The notes: generated from the sequence alone by a model not told the origin. 59,489 bases of DNA from Candidatus Pacearchaeota archaeon (GCA_018303825.1 JAGVXK010000019.1:1-59489), one strand, 5' to 3'. Shown: positions 38,824 to 48,310, counted from the first letter of the stretch. Translations and numbers: made by a program.

Positions 38824-38879
38824 TTAACGCGAACTTTTCCTCAAGATTAAAGTTTTGAGAGATGCTTGAAAGTTTCAGC
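38824..38879 (+). repeat. Dispersed intergenic repeat, copy B
   Basis: Matches 40231-40287 at 12/14 and 28/34 positions either side of a variable 8-9 nt core. Confidence 0.7.
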
Positions 38880-38925
38880 ATGAGAAAAAAGAACAATTTT
38901 TATACCCTTACTACTAAACTATTTT

Positions 38926-39261
38926 ATGAAAATTAGACTCTGGAAAGACCACTTGCTAACTACCAAACCCGGAGTCGTTAAAGTTGGAAAAACAAGGTAT
39001 TATGCAGCTGAAAAGAGATATCTTGAGGAACCAATTAACGCAGAGCAAGAAAGAGATCTTGGAAGCACGCTTTACGCTGCTCTCCCTATAAGTGTAAGGG
39101 AATCCTTGCCCAGGTTTATAGACTCTGGAAGAGCGAGAGTAACAGATAGTGATAGCGGAATTATAATGAATGATTTTCTTACGGCAGATGAGTTAGCTAA
39201 AGTTGCAGAAGGATACATATATGCGAGAGCGGAAGCAAACCATAGATTACATAGATTATGA
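38926..39261 (+). CDS. Hypothetical protein
   Basis: 111-aa orphan with TATA-like TTTTTATA upstream. Confidence 0.55.
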   Translation: MKIRLWKDHLLTTKPGVVKVGKTRYYAAEKRYLEEPINAEQERDLGSTLYAALPISVRESLPRFIDSGRARVTDSDSGIIMNDFLTADELAKVAEGYIYARAEANHRLHRL

Positions 39262-39348
39262 ATAAATCTCTATTTTAATGTTAAAAAGTCCAAAAGTACG
39301 CACAAGCATCATTAACGGAACCTTTGAAATGTGTAAAATTAACGATTT

Positions 39349-39612
39349 TTAAGAAGCTTTTATCTCTGGAAGATACCTTGCATTTCTACAGGATATATAT
39401 CTACATTCTCCACCTTCTACTTGACACAATGCTCCCGCCAAATATGGGCAACCTACCTCTCTCATTCCAGATTTATGGGTGTTAATTACTATTTGGACTG
39501 CATTCGCTGCAGTAAGAGGTAACTCAATTGCACAAGGATCAGTATCTTTAGGCACTCCTCTACAACTTAGAGTATTCGTCGAGACCACTTCGTCTAAAAT
39601 CAATGTCGCCAT
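39349..39612 (-). CDS. Small Cys-rich hypothetical protein
   Basis: 87 aa with six Cys (CPYL...LCQVEGGECRY). Confidence 0.55.
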   Translation of the reverse strand: MATLILDEVVSTNTLSCRGVPKDTDPCAIELPLTAANAVQIVINTHKSGMREVGCPYLAGALCQVEGGECRYISCRNARYLPEIKAS

Positions 39613-39736
39613 GAAAACCTCACTTTACTGGAATATTTAAACCTTTCGATGAACCGCAGAATGCCCTTAGCAGATTAAGAGTTTTGTGTTTTATTTGATT
39701 AATACGAACACTATTTTTGCTGAAAAGATGAGGTTC

Positions 39737-40060
39737 TTAACGAAGATAATTAGCTCTTTGAGCCGCTTTTCTTCCTTCTTCTTGAACTGCTTCAACAATT
39801 TGGGTTGGAGTTTGAGCTGTTTGAGTTAAAGAGTCTCTGTCTCGATCAAGTTCGGGCATTCTCGCATCACGTAATATAAGATTGAGATATCTTATATCTC
39901 TTTGCTCTGTTCCCTCCCTCAAATAAAGAACGTTCATTGCTATTGCATTAAATCCGTCTCGCCCTGCACAATTCATTACAATATAGGACTGATTATGGGT
40001 AACATCAAGAAAAGCTTTTCCGGCAAATGCCTCTTCCAAAACAATTAGCCCGTTTGACAT
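39737..40060 (-). CDS. Hypothetical protein
   Basis: 107-aa orphan with TATA-like upstream. Its stop codon overlaps a repeat copy. Confidence 0.55.
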   Translation of the reverse strand: MSNGLIVLEEAFAGKAFLDVTHNQSYIVMNCAGRDGFNAIAMNVLYLREGTEQRDIRYLNLILRDARMPELDRDRDSLTQTAQTPTQIVEAVQEEGRKAAQRANYLR

Positions 40061-40230
40061 TAAATTCTCTCAATTTCAGAATATTTAAGTCTTTCTCTGT
40101 CGGGCGCGGACGGCGCTTACGCGCCTATTTATTATTAAAGCTTGATTTTTGGGGATTGGGGGTGAAAAAATGAAAAAATACTATGAAAAAGCAGTAGTGT
40201 TTTGGTAACTTTGGATTGATGTTTTTCATA

Positions 40231-40287
40231 TTAATACGAACTTTATACTTGATATTAAGGTTCTTAGAGATGCTTAAAGGTTTGAGC
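40231..40287 (+). repeat. Dispersed intergenic repeat, copy A
   Basis: TTAATACGAACTTT...ATTAAGGTTCTTAGAGATGCTTAAAGGTTTGAGC, homologous to 38824-38879. Confidence 0.7.
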
Positions 40288-40294
40288 TTTGACC

Positions 40295-40460
40295 TTAATT
40301 AAAATCCAGAATAAATTGCCACACAGCAGGATACCTGAGACAATTAGCCAGATTCCCACAACCCGTCTAAGAAGTTTTGGGAATAAGAAAACAACGATTC
40401 CTAAAACTATTGCAAGAACACCTGAGAATCTACAGCAACAACTATCGCCAGCTCCAACTA
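40295..40460 (-). pseudogene. Degraded small membrane protein gene (DUF3096-like)
   Basis: One frame reads GVLAIVLGIVVFLFPKLLRRVVGIWLIVSGIL but has no intact start. Confidence 0.35.
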
Positions 40461-40569
40461 CCTCTTAAATTCTTTCCCAAATAATCTTCTGGTTTGAAGA
40501 ACCTTCATAGAAAATCTTAGTTAAGATGCTATTCAAATTTTAGCTATTTTTTGCACTTCCAACTAAAAG

Positions 40570-40740
40570 TTATCTTCGCCTCTTTCCGTAATTCCTTGTT
40601 AGTTTTCCTATTCCTACCACCAATACACCTATTGCCAACAACCATCCTATTACGCCTTCAGTGGCAGAACCGACTCCGAGTAAAGGTAAGAGTAACAAAA
40701 CTCCCAGGATTGTAACAATCCATGCTGTTAATTTTGCCAT
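40570..40740 (-). CDS. Small 2-TM protein (56 aa)
   Basis: MAKLTAWIVTILGVLLLLPLLGVGSATEGVIGWLLAIGVLVVGIGKLTRNYGKRRR, with a strong Shine-Dalgarno AAGGAGGT upstream. Confidence 0.7.
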   Translation of the reverse strand: MAKLTAWIVTILGVLLLLPLLGVGSATEGVIGWLLAIGVLVVGIGKLTRNYGKRRR

Positions 40741-41222
40741 TTTTATTTAACCTCCTTTCAAAAAGGACTTATTTTATTAAGGGAAAACTAGTATTTAAGC
40801 GTTTCTGCTCAAAGATTTTGCTTATTTTTGATTAATTATTTGTTGTTTTTATGCATTTTTTCATTTTTTTAATGGCTTTTTTATGTATTTTTTGCTATTT
40901 TTTTGCAAAAATGCACTGGAAATAATGGGGTTTACGAGGAAATTGCAAATTTGAAGTATTGCTTAAAATATTGGGCAGTTATTCGGTTTAGAGGCCTTTG
41001 GGGGTGATTTTTTAATCATTTTTGTATTATTTGGAGTTTTTTTGTCTATTTTGGGGTGTTTGTAGGTGTTTAAACATCTGTTTAAAATGCATTTAGTGGT
41101 GTTTAGATTTATGTGTTGGTATTTCTTGAGTGTGTTGGAATACTAAAAAGTAATAACATGCATTTGCGCTTTAAAGGCTTATAAACGCAATATTTAAATA
41201 CTTTGAGTGTTGATATATATTT

Positions 41223-41858
41223 ATGTTGGAATGGCTTTTTGGAAAAAGCACAAAAAAACTAGAGGAAGAAACTAAAAGAAGCTTTAGTTCTGTAAAGAGC
41301 GATATTTCTGGTGTTTTAAAGTGGCTTAAACACCTTGATAATAAGGACAAACAGCTGTTTGATGTTGTAAATGAGCTGAAACAGGAAATGTCGTCGATAA
41401 ATGATGAATTAACTGGATTGCGCGAGGCAATTGATCTTGCTGTTGGGGGTGAAAAAAACAAACCGCTGTTCAAAAAAATGGGTGTTTATGGCAAACAAAC
41501 AGCTGTTTGTGATGTTCAAGAAGGTGTTCAAACAGCTGTTCAAACAGGCAATTTTTATGATATTTTAAGAGGATTGACTTCGAATGAGAGACTATTGGTA
41601 TTTACACTGTTGAATGCTGGGGAGGGGATGAAGATGAGCTATGAGGACCTGGCATTGGTTTTAGGGAAAGAAAGAGCGACAGTAAGAGGGCAGATAAATA
41701 GCATAAAACAGAAGAATGAGGGCTTAATTGAGGAAATAATAGAGAAAAATGGTAAGAAAAGGGTATTTGTGAGACCTAATATGAGGGAAAAACTATCGAA
41801 ATACGCAAAAGTGAGAGTTAGAAAGAAAGTGAAATCTAATGAAAACTATGCGGAATAA
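41223..41858 (+). CDS. Coiled-coil plus wHTH protein
   Basis: N-terminal heptads and C-terminal LTSNERLL...SYEDLALVLGKERATVRGQINSIK. Confidence 0.7.
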   Translation: MLEWLFGKSTKKLEEETKRSFSSVKSDISGVLKWLKHLDNKDKQLFDVVNELKQEMSSINDELTGLREAIDLAVGGEKNKPLFKKMGVYGKQTAVCDVQEGVQTAVQTGNFYDILRGLTSNERLLVFTLLNAGEGMKMSYEDLALVLGKERATVRGQINSIKQKNEGLIEEIIEKNGKKRVFVRPNMREKLSKYAKVRVRKKVKSNENYAE

Positions 41859-42122
41859 TTAAAATTTAACAAGAAAGGGGTTTTGTGTCAAATCCTTGAT
41901 TTTGAAAAAGTTTTGATAGTTTAAGGAAAAGTGAGGAGAGATTGGAAAAGGAACCAATTTCTCTGATTATTATGAAAAAGGGGAAAGAGGTAAAATAGCT
42001 TTATAAGCCTTGAGCAAGCATTATATGCTATTTTTGAGGATTTAATATTGATAGATATAGGTAGATTTAGATGATATTCGGCATAACGGGAACTGAATTT
42101 TGAATTTTTGGGCTATATCTTG

Positions 42123-42821
42123 TCAGAGATCTCTTAAAGACTGGATAGTCTGTAAGGTGGCTATTTGCTTGAGATTTTGATTAATATTAAGGATTATTTT
42201 CTTGTTGTTTTCCTTTGTTTTGATTATCGGAATGCCTTTTTTGATTATTTTCTGAACATAATCTCTTATTGAAGACTCTGAAAGAGATAATTTCTGAGAA
42301 ATAAGCGAATAATCGACGATAAAACCTCTATTTTCTAAGTCATAAATTAAAGAAAAAACAGTCATTTCTTGGTTAGTTAAGCGCTTAAATTTGCTCCTTA
42401 GCTCTTTTTTTATACTATCTAAAGATTCTAAGACCTCGGAAACCTTCTCCAGATGAGAAATTCGGTCTGTTTTAGTAGTTTTACGGTTGTTGGAGACCCC
42501 TTTGTTTCCTATGTGTTGGTCTGTCTGTTGGTTTGTCTGTCTGTCTGTTGGAACCCCACCGTTTCCTATGGAACTTGGCGTAATTGGGCTTTTTAAGCTG
42601 TATAAGGGCATTTTATGATTAGTCGTCTGTTGGAATGATGGAATTATGTTGATTTCCGCTTGAGTTATTTGGTTATGTGTTAGGGTGATTTCCTTCATTG
42701 TTCGTTTAATCTGTATAATTTCATTTTTAATAAATTCAATTTGACTTTGTAAATTTAAGATGTCTTGTTTTGCTCTTGCAAAGGATTCTTTTATTAAGTC
42801 CATGTTTGTTTTATCAACCAA
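42123..42821 (-). CDS. Coiled-coil plus wHTH protein, paralog-like to 41223
   Basis: ESFARAKQDI heptads, Q/T-rich linker, and LTNQEM...DYSLISQKLSLSESSIRDYVQKI. Confidence 0.7.
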   Translation of the reverse strand: MVDKTNMDLIKESFARAKQDILNLQSQIEFIKNEIIQIKRTMKEITLTHNQITQAEINIIPSFQQTTNHKMPLYSLKSPITPSSIGNGGVPTDRQTNQQTDQHIGNKGVSNNRKTTKTDRISHLEKVSEVLESLDSIKKELRSKFKRLTNQEMTVFSLIYDLENRGFIVDYSLISQKLSLSESSIRDYVQKIIKKGIPIIKTKENNKKIILNINQNLKQIATLQTIQSLRDL

Positions 42822-42875
42822 ATTCGTGTAATTAAAGTGGAATTATAAAGATATATGTTATAAAAGATAATAATT

Positions 42876-43214
42876 CTATTGAGGATTGTTATCTAAATCG
42901 TCTATACTCTCTGTATTTTGTGGAACAACCTTTTTATCTAAGACTTGTTGATGTTTTTTATAGACTAAATAGGCTTCGTTGCTGAGCCTCCAACGCTGTC
43001 TTCTTGAATATTTAATGCCTTGAGAGTTTAGATTAATACATATTATCAGTTTTTGTTTCTCTAAATCTGTTAGCAATAGCTTTACAAACTCTTCATCTCT
43101 TGCTATTTCCTTGGCGATTATGCTTGTATAAGCATTCGATGGAGAGACAAAGAATAAATAATGTAAGATTTGTTCAGATATTTTCTCTTTCTTTTCTTTT
43201 GATATTTGAGGCAT
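42876..43214 (-). CDS. wHTH protein
   Basis: ISEQILHYL...YTSIIAKEIARDEEFVKLLL.DLEK...RRQRW.LS. Confidence 0.7.
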   Translation of the reverse strand: MPQISKEKKEKISEQILHYLFFVSPSNAYTSIIAKEIARDEEFVKLLLTDLEKQKLIICINLNSQGIKYSRRQRWRLSNEAYLVYKKHQQVLDKKVVPQNTESIDDLDNNPQ

Positions 43215-43375
43215 CTAGAAGAAAACTGAATAACTTATTTAAAGGTTGTTATTGCCCACCAGATTCATGAACTTCATAAGATTTATATAATGTAACTAAG
43301 AAGTTTAAAGAATAGTTAATATACTGGTTTAATTTTTGATAATACTTAATTAATGAAGTATAATAAAACAAGAAA

Positions 43376-45964
43376 ATGGCGAAGATAGAATATATAGAAG
43401 CAAGCAAGGCTGAGGAAGTAAAAGAAATACTGAATTCTTTAGTTAGAGAATGGTTTTTTTCAAGATTTGAGGATTTTTCAAACACACAATTATGCGGGGT
43501 GAAGAACATAAATGACAGGAAGAACATACTTGTTAGCGCGCCTACTGGAGGAACAAAGACATTGACTGCTTTCCTTGGCATACTTAATTATCTGGTTGGA
43601 CTTTCGTTGAAGAACGAGCTTGAAGATAAGATATATGCTGTTTATTCCTCTCCCTTAAAGGCACTTTCGAATGATATCTTTGTTAATTTGATTAATCCTC
43701 TAAAGGAAATAAAGGGGCTTGCTGAAAAAAAAGGAATGAAAATGCAAGAAATAAGAGTAGCATTGAGAACTGGAGATACTAGTGCCGCGGAAAGGGCGAA
43801 AATGGCAAAAAAGAGCCCGCATATCCTTGTTTCTACACCTGAAACACTTGCTATTGTTTTAACGTCAAAAAAATTCGTTGAGAAAATGAGGGCAGTTGAG
43901 TTTGTTATAGTTGATGAAATACATGCCATGACAAATAAAAGAGGAGTTTATCTTTCGCTAACATTGGAAAGATTATGTGATATAAGCAAGATAGAACCTG
44001 TTAGAATTGGACTTTCGGCTACAATTTCGCCACTTGGAGAGATTGCGAGATTTTTAGTGGGAAAAGACAGAGATTGCTTAATAGCAGATGTTAAATTGAT
44101 GAAGAAGATTGAGATAAATCTTGATTATCCTGGGGAGAATATTCTTGAAGTTGGATTGCAGGAAAATCAGAAGAAACTTTATCATATTCTTGATGAATTA
44201 ATACAAGAGCATAAGACAACATTAATATTTACAAACACAAGGGCGGCTACAGAAAGGATTGTTCATTACCTTGATTTGCATTTTCCAGGGAAGTATGCCG
44301 GATTGATTGGGGCACATCATTCTTCTATGTCAAAAGAAAAGAGATTTGAGATTGAAGATAAGCTTAGAAAGGGGGAACTAAAGGTTGTTGTTTCGAGCAC
44401 TTCACTCGAGCTTGGTATAGATATAGGAAGTATTGATCTTGTTGTTTTATTAAGAAGTCCAAAATCAACTTCAAGAGCATTGCAAAGAATAGGAAGAGCA
44501 GGGCATAAATTACATGATAATCCTAAAGGGGAGTTTATTGTTCTTGATAGAGATGACTTGGTTGAATGCTCGATTTTAATGAAAGAAATGATAGAAAAGA
44601 AGATAGATAACGCTGAAATACCTAAGAATTGCCTTGATGTACTATCACAGCAGATATATGGGATGGCTATATCAAGGATATGGAATATAGATGAGATGTT
44701 GAGAACTATTAGAAGGAGCTATTGTTACGAAACCTTGTCAAAAGAGGACTTTTTATCTGTTATAAGTTATCTTGCAGGAGATTATGCGCTTGAACATAGA
44801 AGTGTTTATGCAAAGATATGGTATGATGAGAAGACAAAGCAGATAGGAAAAAAGGGGAAGATGGCCAGAGTGATATACATGACTAACATTGGAACCATTC
44901 CGGCTGAGAGCTTCATGACTGTTGAAATAGGAGTAGGAGAGAGGAAAGGACAAATAGTTGGAAAGATAGACGAATCTTTCCTGGAAAGAATGAAGAGAGG
45001 AGATGTGTTTGTTTTGGGGGGGCAAAAATATCAATTCCTGTTTTCTAGAGGGATGAAGGCTTATGTAAAGGCAGATGTATCCAGAAATCCTACAATCCCT
45101 TCGTGGTTTAGCGAGATGTTACCATTATCATTCGATGTTGCATTAGAAATAGGACGGTTTAGAAAACTGATTAAAGAAAGAATAAAAGATAAGAAAGAAT
45201 GTATTGAATTTATTGAAAAACATACATATTGTAAGAAACATATTGCTGAAGAAATATATGAATATTTTAAAGAGCAACAAGGTTTTAGCGAGATTCCTGA
45301 TGAAAAGACAATAATTGTTGAAAAATATAAGGAAGATAGGAAAGAAGTTCTTATTTTTCATAGTTTGTATGGAAGAAGAGTAAATGATGCGCTTGCAAGA
45401 GCATATGCTTTTGCTGCTGCTCGGCTTAAATACCGAGATATTGAGATGGGAATTAGCGATAATGGATTTTATTTAATGGGGGAGCAATTAGAGGAAGATA
45501 AAATCATTAAATGGGTAAAGGCAAAGGACTTAAAGGAAATATTAAAAGAGGCAATTGAAAAAACAGAAGTATTGAAAAGAAGATTCAGGCATTGTGCTGC
45601 TCGTTCGCTTATGATATTAAGAAGTTACAAGGGAAGAGAGAAAAGCGTTGGAAAACAACAAGTTCATTCTGGGTTTTTATTTGTTGCTGTGAAGAAATTA
45701 AGCAATGAATTTCCAATTTTAAGAGAAGCGAGGAGAGAAGTGTTTGAGGATTTAATGGACATAAAGAATGCTGAGAAAGTATTAAAATGGTTGGAAAATG
45801 GGCAGGTAAATATAAAAATAAAGAAACTGCCTTTTGTTTCTCCGTTTGGATTGAACATGGCTCTTGAAGGAAGAAGCGACTTGATAAAGATGGAAGACAG
45901 AGCTTCATTTTTAAAGAGGATGCATGAGTTGCACTTAAAAGCCATAGGCAAAGATGGCTTTTAG
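43376..45964 (+). CDS. lhr: Lhr-type SF2 helicase (Lhr-core)
   Basis: APTGGTKT, SPLKAL.ND, DEIH, SAT, HHSS, LELGIDIG and QRIGRAGH. Confidence 0.93.
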   Translation: MAKIEYIEASKAEEVKEILNSLVREWFFSRFEDFSNTQLCGVKNINDRKNILVSAPTGGTKTLTAFLGILNYLVGLSLKNELEDKIYAVYSSPLKALSNDIFVNLINPLKEIKGLAEKKGMKMQEIRVALRTGDTSAAERAKMAKKSPHILVSTPETLAIVLTSKKFVEKMRAVEFVIVDEIHAMTNKRGVYLSLTLERLCDISKIEPVRIGLSATISPLGEIARFLVGKDRDCLIADVKLMKKIEINLDYPGENILEVGLQENQKKLYHILDELIQEHKTTLIFTNTRAATERIVHYLDLHFPGKYAGLIGAHHSSMSKEKRFEIEDKLRKGELKVVVSSTSLELGIDIGSIDLVVLLRSPKSTSRALQRIGRAGHKLHDNPKGEFIVLDRDDLVECSILMKEMIEKKIDNAEIPKNCLDVLSQQIYGMAISRIWNIDEMLRTIRRSYCYETLSKEDFLSVISYLAGDYALEHRSVYAKIWYDEKTKQIGKKGKMARVIYMTNIGTIPAESFMTVEIGVGERKGQIVGKIDESFLERMKRGDVFVLGGQKYQFLFSRGMKAYVKADVSRNPTIPSWFSEMLPLSFDVALEIGRFRKLIKERIKDKKECIEFIEKHTYCKKHIAEEIYEYFKEQQGFSEIPDEKTIIVEKYKEDRKEVLIFHSLYGRRVNDALARAYAFAAARLKYRDIEMGISDNGFYLMGEQLEEDKIIKWVKAKDLKEILKEAIEKTEVLKRRFRHCAARSLMILRSYKGREKSVGKQQVHSGFLFVAVKKLSNEFPILREARREVFEDLMDIKNAEKVLKWLENGQVNIKIKKLPFVSPFGLNMALEGRSDLIKMEDRASFLKRMHELHLKAIGKDGF

Positions 45965-46129
45965 GCCATTCAACTTTGGAAAAGTTGAAGGTTTGAAGGC
46001 GATTGGGTAAATTGGAGAGAAATAAATTAGAGGTTATTTGGCATTAAGTAATATACCCCACGAGATGTGCAACCCTTTCTAAAAAACCAAGTGATTATTT
46101 GAAAGAGTAAATTATTTAAGGAGAGGTTA

Positions 46130-46669
46130 TTGAATAGAAAAATGAGAATAGGATGTTTAGGACCGCATACAAATAGCGCATTGGCCGCAGAGAAAGCAGC
46201 AAATATAGGAGATCAAGTTGTATTTTTTGATAGTATGCCTGATGTCTTGCTTGCTTTAGCAAAAAATCTAACTGACAGAATTGTTGTTCCTGTAAGAAAT
46301 AGCATAACCGGAGAGATCTCATACAAGGGTGTCGCAGAGCGTATGGGTCTACGAAGGACAGAAGAATCGAGAGAAATTATAATACCTATAAATCATTGTA
46401 TTGCTTCTCGCGGAGCAGACGTAGGTTTTGTCTTATCACATAGAGAGGCACTAGCCCAGTGTACTGGGTACTTAAATGAAAGATTTCCAACCGCTTATAG
46501 AGGAGAAATGGCAAGCACAGGGGAAGCTGCGAGATTTATTGCAGAAGTTAGTTCTAATAATGGTGCGGCCATTGCAGGTCTACCTACTTGCTTACATTAC
46601 AGATTGAGAGTAATTGATACAGAGATAGCTAAAAATAATTACAGTACCTTTTGGGTGTTCCAAAGATGA
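46130..46669 (+). CDS. Stand-alone prephenate dehydratase-like domain (no ACT domain)
   Basis: LGPHTNS..AA, VVPVRNSITG, I.HC, SH.EALAQC..YL and STGEAA. The catalytic TRF position reads STF. Confidence 0.65.
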   Translation: MNRKMRIGCLGPHTNSALAAEKAANIGDQVVFFDSMPDVLLALAKNLTDRIVVPVRNSITGEISYKGVAERMGLRRTEESREIIIPINHCIASRGADVGFVLSHREALAQCTGYLNERFPTAYRGEMASTGEAARFIAEVSSNNGAAIAGLPTCLHYRLRVIDTEIAKNNYSTFWVFQR

Positions 46670-47562
46670 CAAAAATAGATTACATAGGAAAATGCTTGCT
46701 GCTTAGAAATATAAACAAGAAGACGGGAAAGAAGAAAAAGATTCTTGTAATTGGAGATTTGCATTTGGGATATGAGGAAGCGTTGAACAAAACAGGAGTT
46801 TTTGTCACAAGGCAGATGTTTGAGGAGATGATAAAAGAGTTTGATTTGATTTTTGAGAAGATTGAAAAAAAATATGAAAAAAAAGAATTAGCGTATACAA
46901 CGAAGGGGTTAGAGATTATTGGTAAAGATGGTATGATAAGAGATAATAAGAGTAATATTAAAGATAATGATGGGGGTGTGGGGGGCGATGAAGGATATGT
47001 TGTGGACGAAATTGTTCTTCTTGGGGATGTAAAACATGTATTTGGAACAATAATGAAGCAGGAGTGGGGCGATGTGCTTAAATTATTTGACTATTTATTA
47101 GAAAAAGGAAAGAAGGTTGTTGTTGTTGAGGGAAATCATGATGCAATATTAGAACCAATTGTAAAACAACGAAAAGAAATTCAATTAGAGGAGTTTTATG
47201 TTGATCATAATGTGATTTTCTTACATGGGGATAAGGATTTTGAGCAGATATGGGATGATGAGATTGACATAGTGATATTGGGGCATATACATCCTGCTGT
47301 TAAATTAAGTGGGGGGGCTAAAGTAGAAAAATATAAATGTTTTCTTGATGGAATTCACAAAAATAAGAAATTCATGCTGGTGCCAAGTTTTTCAGAATAT
47401 AGCAAAGGAATAGACATTAGAGAGTATGAAATAAAGAACCCGTGGAATATTGACTTTAAGAAATTCAATGTTAAAGTTGTGAATGGATTAAAAATATTGG
47501 ATTTTGGGAAACTAAAAAAATTAAATTGGGTTATTATTTTTTCTCTTCTGCTTGTAATTTAA
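46651..47562 (+). CDS. Lhr-associated metallophosphoesterase
   Basis: GDLHLG, LGDVKH, GNHD, HGD and GHIHP. Likely start MTKIDY at 46666. Confidence 0.85.
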   Translation: MGVPKMTKIDYIGKCLLLRNINKKTGKKKKILVIGDLHLGYEEALNKTGVFVTRQMFEEMIKEFDLIFEKIEKKYEKKELAYTTKGLEIIGKDGMIRDNKSNIKDNDGGVGGDEGYVVDEIVLLGDVKHVFGTIMKQEWGDVLKLFDYLLEKGKKVVVVEGNHDAILEPIVKQRKEIQLEEFYVDHNVIFLHGDKDFEQIWDDEIDIVILGHIHPAVKLSGGAKVEKYKCFLDGIHKNKKFMLVPSFSEYSKGIDIREYEIKNPWNIDFKKFNVKVVNGLKILDFGKLKKLNWVIIFSLLLVI

Positions 47563-47995
47563 CTCTTGGGAAAGGGACATGAAACGGCAATCCAAGCTGA
47601 TCTTCTAAATCTAGAGCTTTTGCGGTACATTTTTTAAGAAGAAGGTTCAAAAAGGCCTCTTTCATTTGGAGGGGCAATTCTTCTTTCTTTAAAGATTTTA
47701 TAATTTCTTTTGGTTCATCCTTGCCAATTGAAAGAATAATATTTCCTTGAAATGCAATCTCTCCCGCCTTGTCTTTTTCTTTGTCTTTTTCCTTTTCTTT
47801 CTCTTGATTTTGATTTTTACTATAAGAGACAGTAAATTTAAAATCTATTCTATAGGCTTCGGCATCTTTTAATAGTTCAATTTTTTCTTTTTCTATTTTA
47901 GGAAATTCTATATTTGTATTTATACTTTTATTTTCACTTAAATCAAGTTTTCTTTCTGCTAAAATTTTTGTTAAATTAAACCCCACTATTTGCAT
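47534..47995 (-). CDS. Conserved archaeal hypothetical protein
   Basis: MQIVGFNLTKILAER...F.G...LN..L.KC..KAL.L...LGLP..VP.P pattern. Confidence 0.65.
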   Translation of the reverse strand: MQIVGFNLTKILAERKLDLSENKSINTNIEFPKIEKEKIELLKDAEAYRIDFKFTVSYSKNQNQEKEKEKDKEKDKAGEIAFQGNIILSIGKDEPKEIIKSLKKEELPLQMKEAFLNLLLKKCTAKALDLEDQLGLPFHVPFPRVKLQAEEKK

Positions 47996-48049
47996 ATTTG
48001 TATTTGTTTGATTATGTTTTTAAAGATTATGATATTGGCTGTTAAAATC

Positions 48050-48310
48050 TTAAGCTATGTCTTCTTCGGAAATAACTACAAAATCTCCTATTGCTATGAT
48101 TGAGTTATAAGGTAACATTGCTTCTTTACCTGAAATCATTTCTACATTTAAATTTCTTATGTGTGGTGTCGGGTCTCTAACTACAAGTTGAATTAACTCT
48201 CCTGTTTTTGTCTCAAATGTTATATCTTTAACAATGCCGAGTCTCTTGCCTTCTTTTGTCACAACGAGCTTTCCAACAAGTTCTTTTAAAGGATGTTTAT
48301 CTAAACCCAT
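48050..48310 (-). CDS. PRC-barrel protein (CdpB-like, possibly cell division)
   Basis: LVGKLVVTKEGKRLGIVKDITFE..TGEL...PY..I.AIGDFVVI. Confidence 0.85.
   Translation of the reverse strand: MGLDKHPLKELVGKLVVTKEGKRLGIVKDITFETKTGELIQLVVRDPTPHIRNLNVEMISGKEAMLPYNSIIAIGDFVVISEEDIA

Noticed and set aside
38808-38835. Bona fide dif site (minus strand AGTTCGCGTTAAGTATAAATCTTTAAAT)
   Set aside because: It resembles a bacterial dif, but the right arm lacks the inner TTA and doubles as the TATA box of the 38785 gene. The other copies have no second arm.
38800-40300. Classical integron attC sites
   Set aside because: No RYYYAAC/GTTRRRY boxes, the arms are too close, ORF orientation is mixed and no intI is present. 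Kept only as a non-classical hypothesis.
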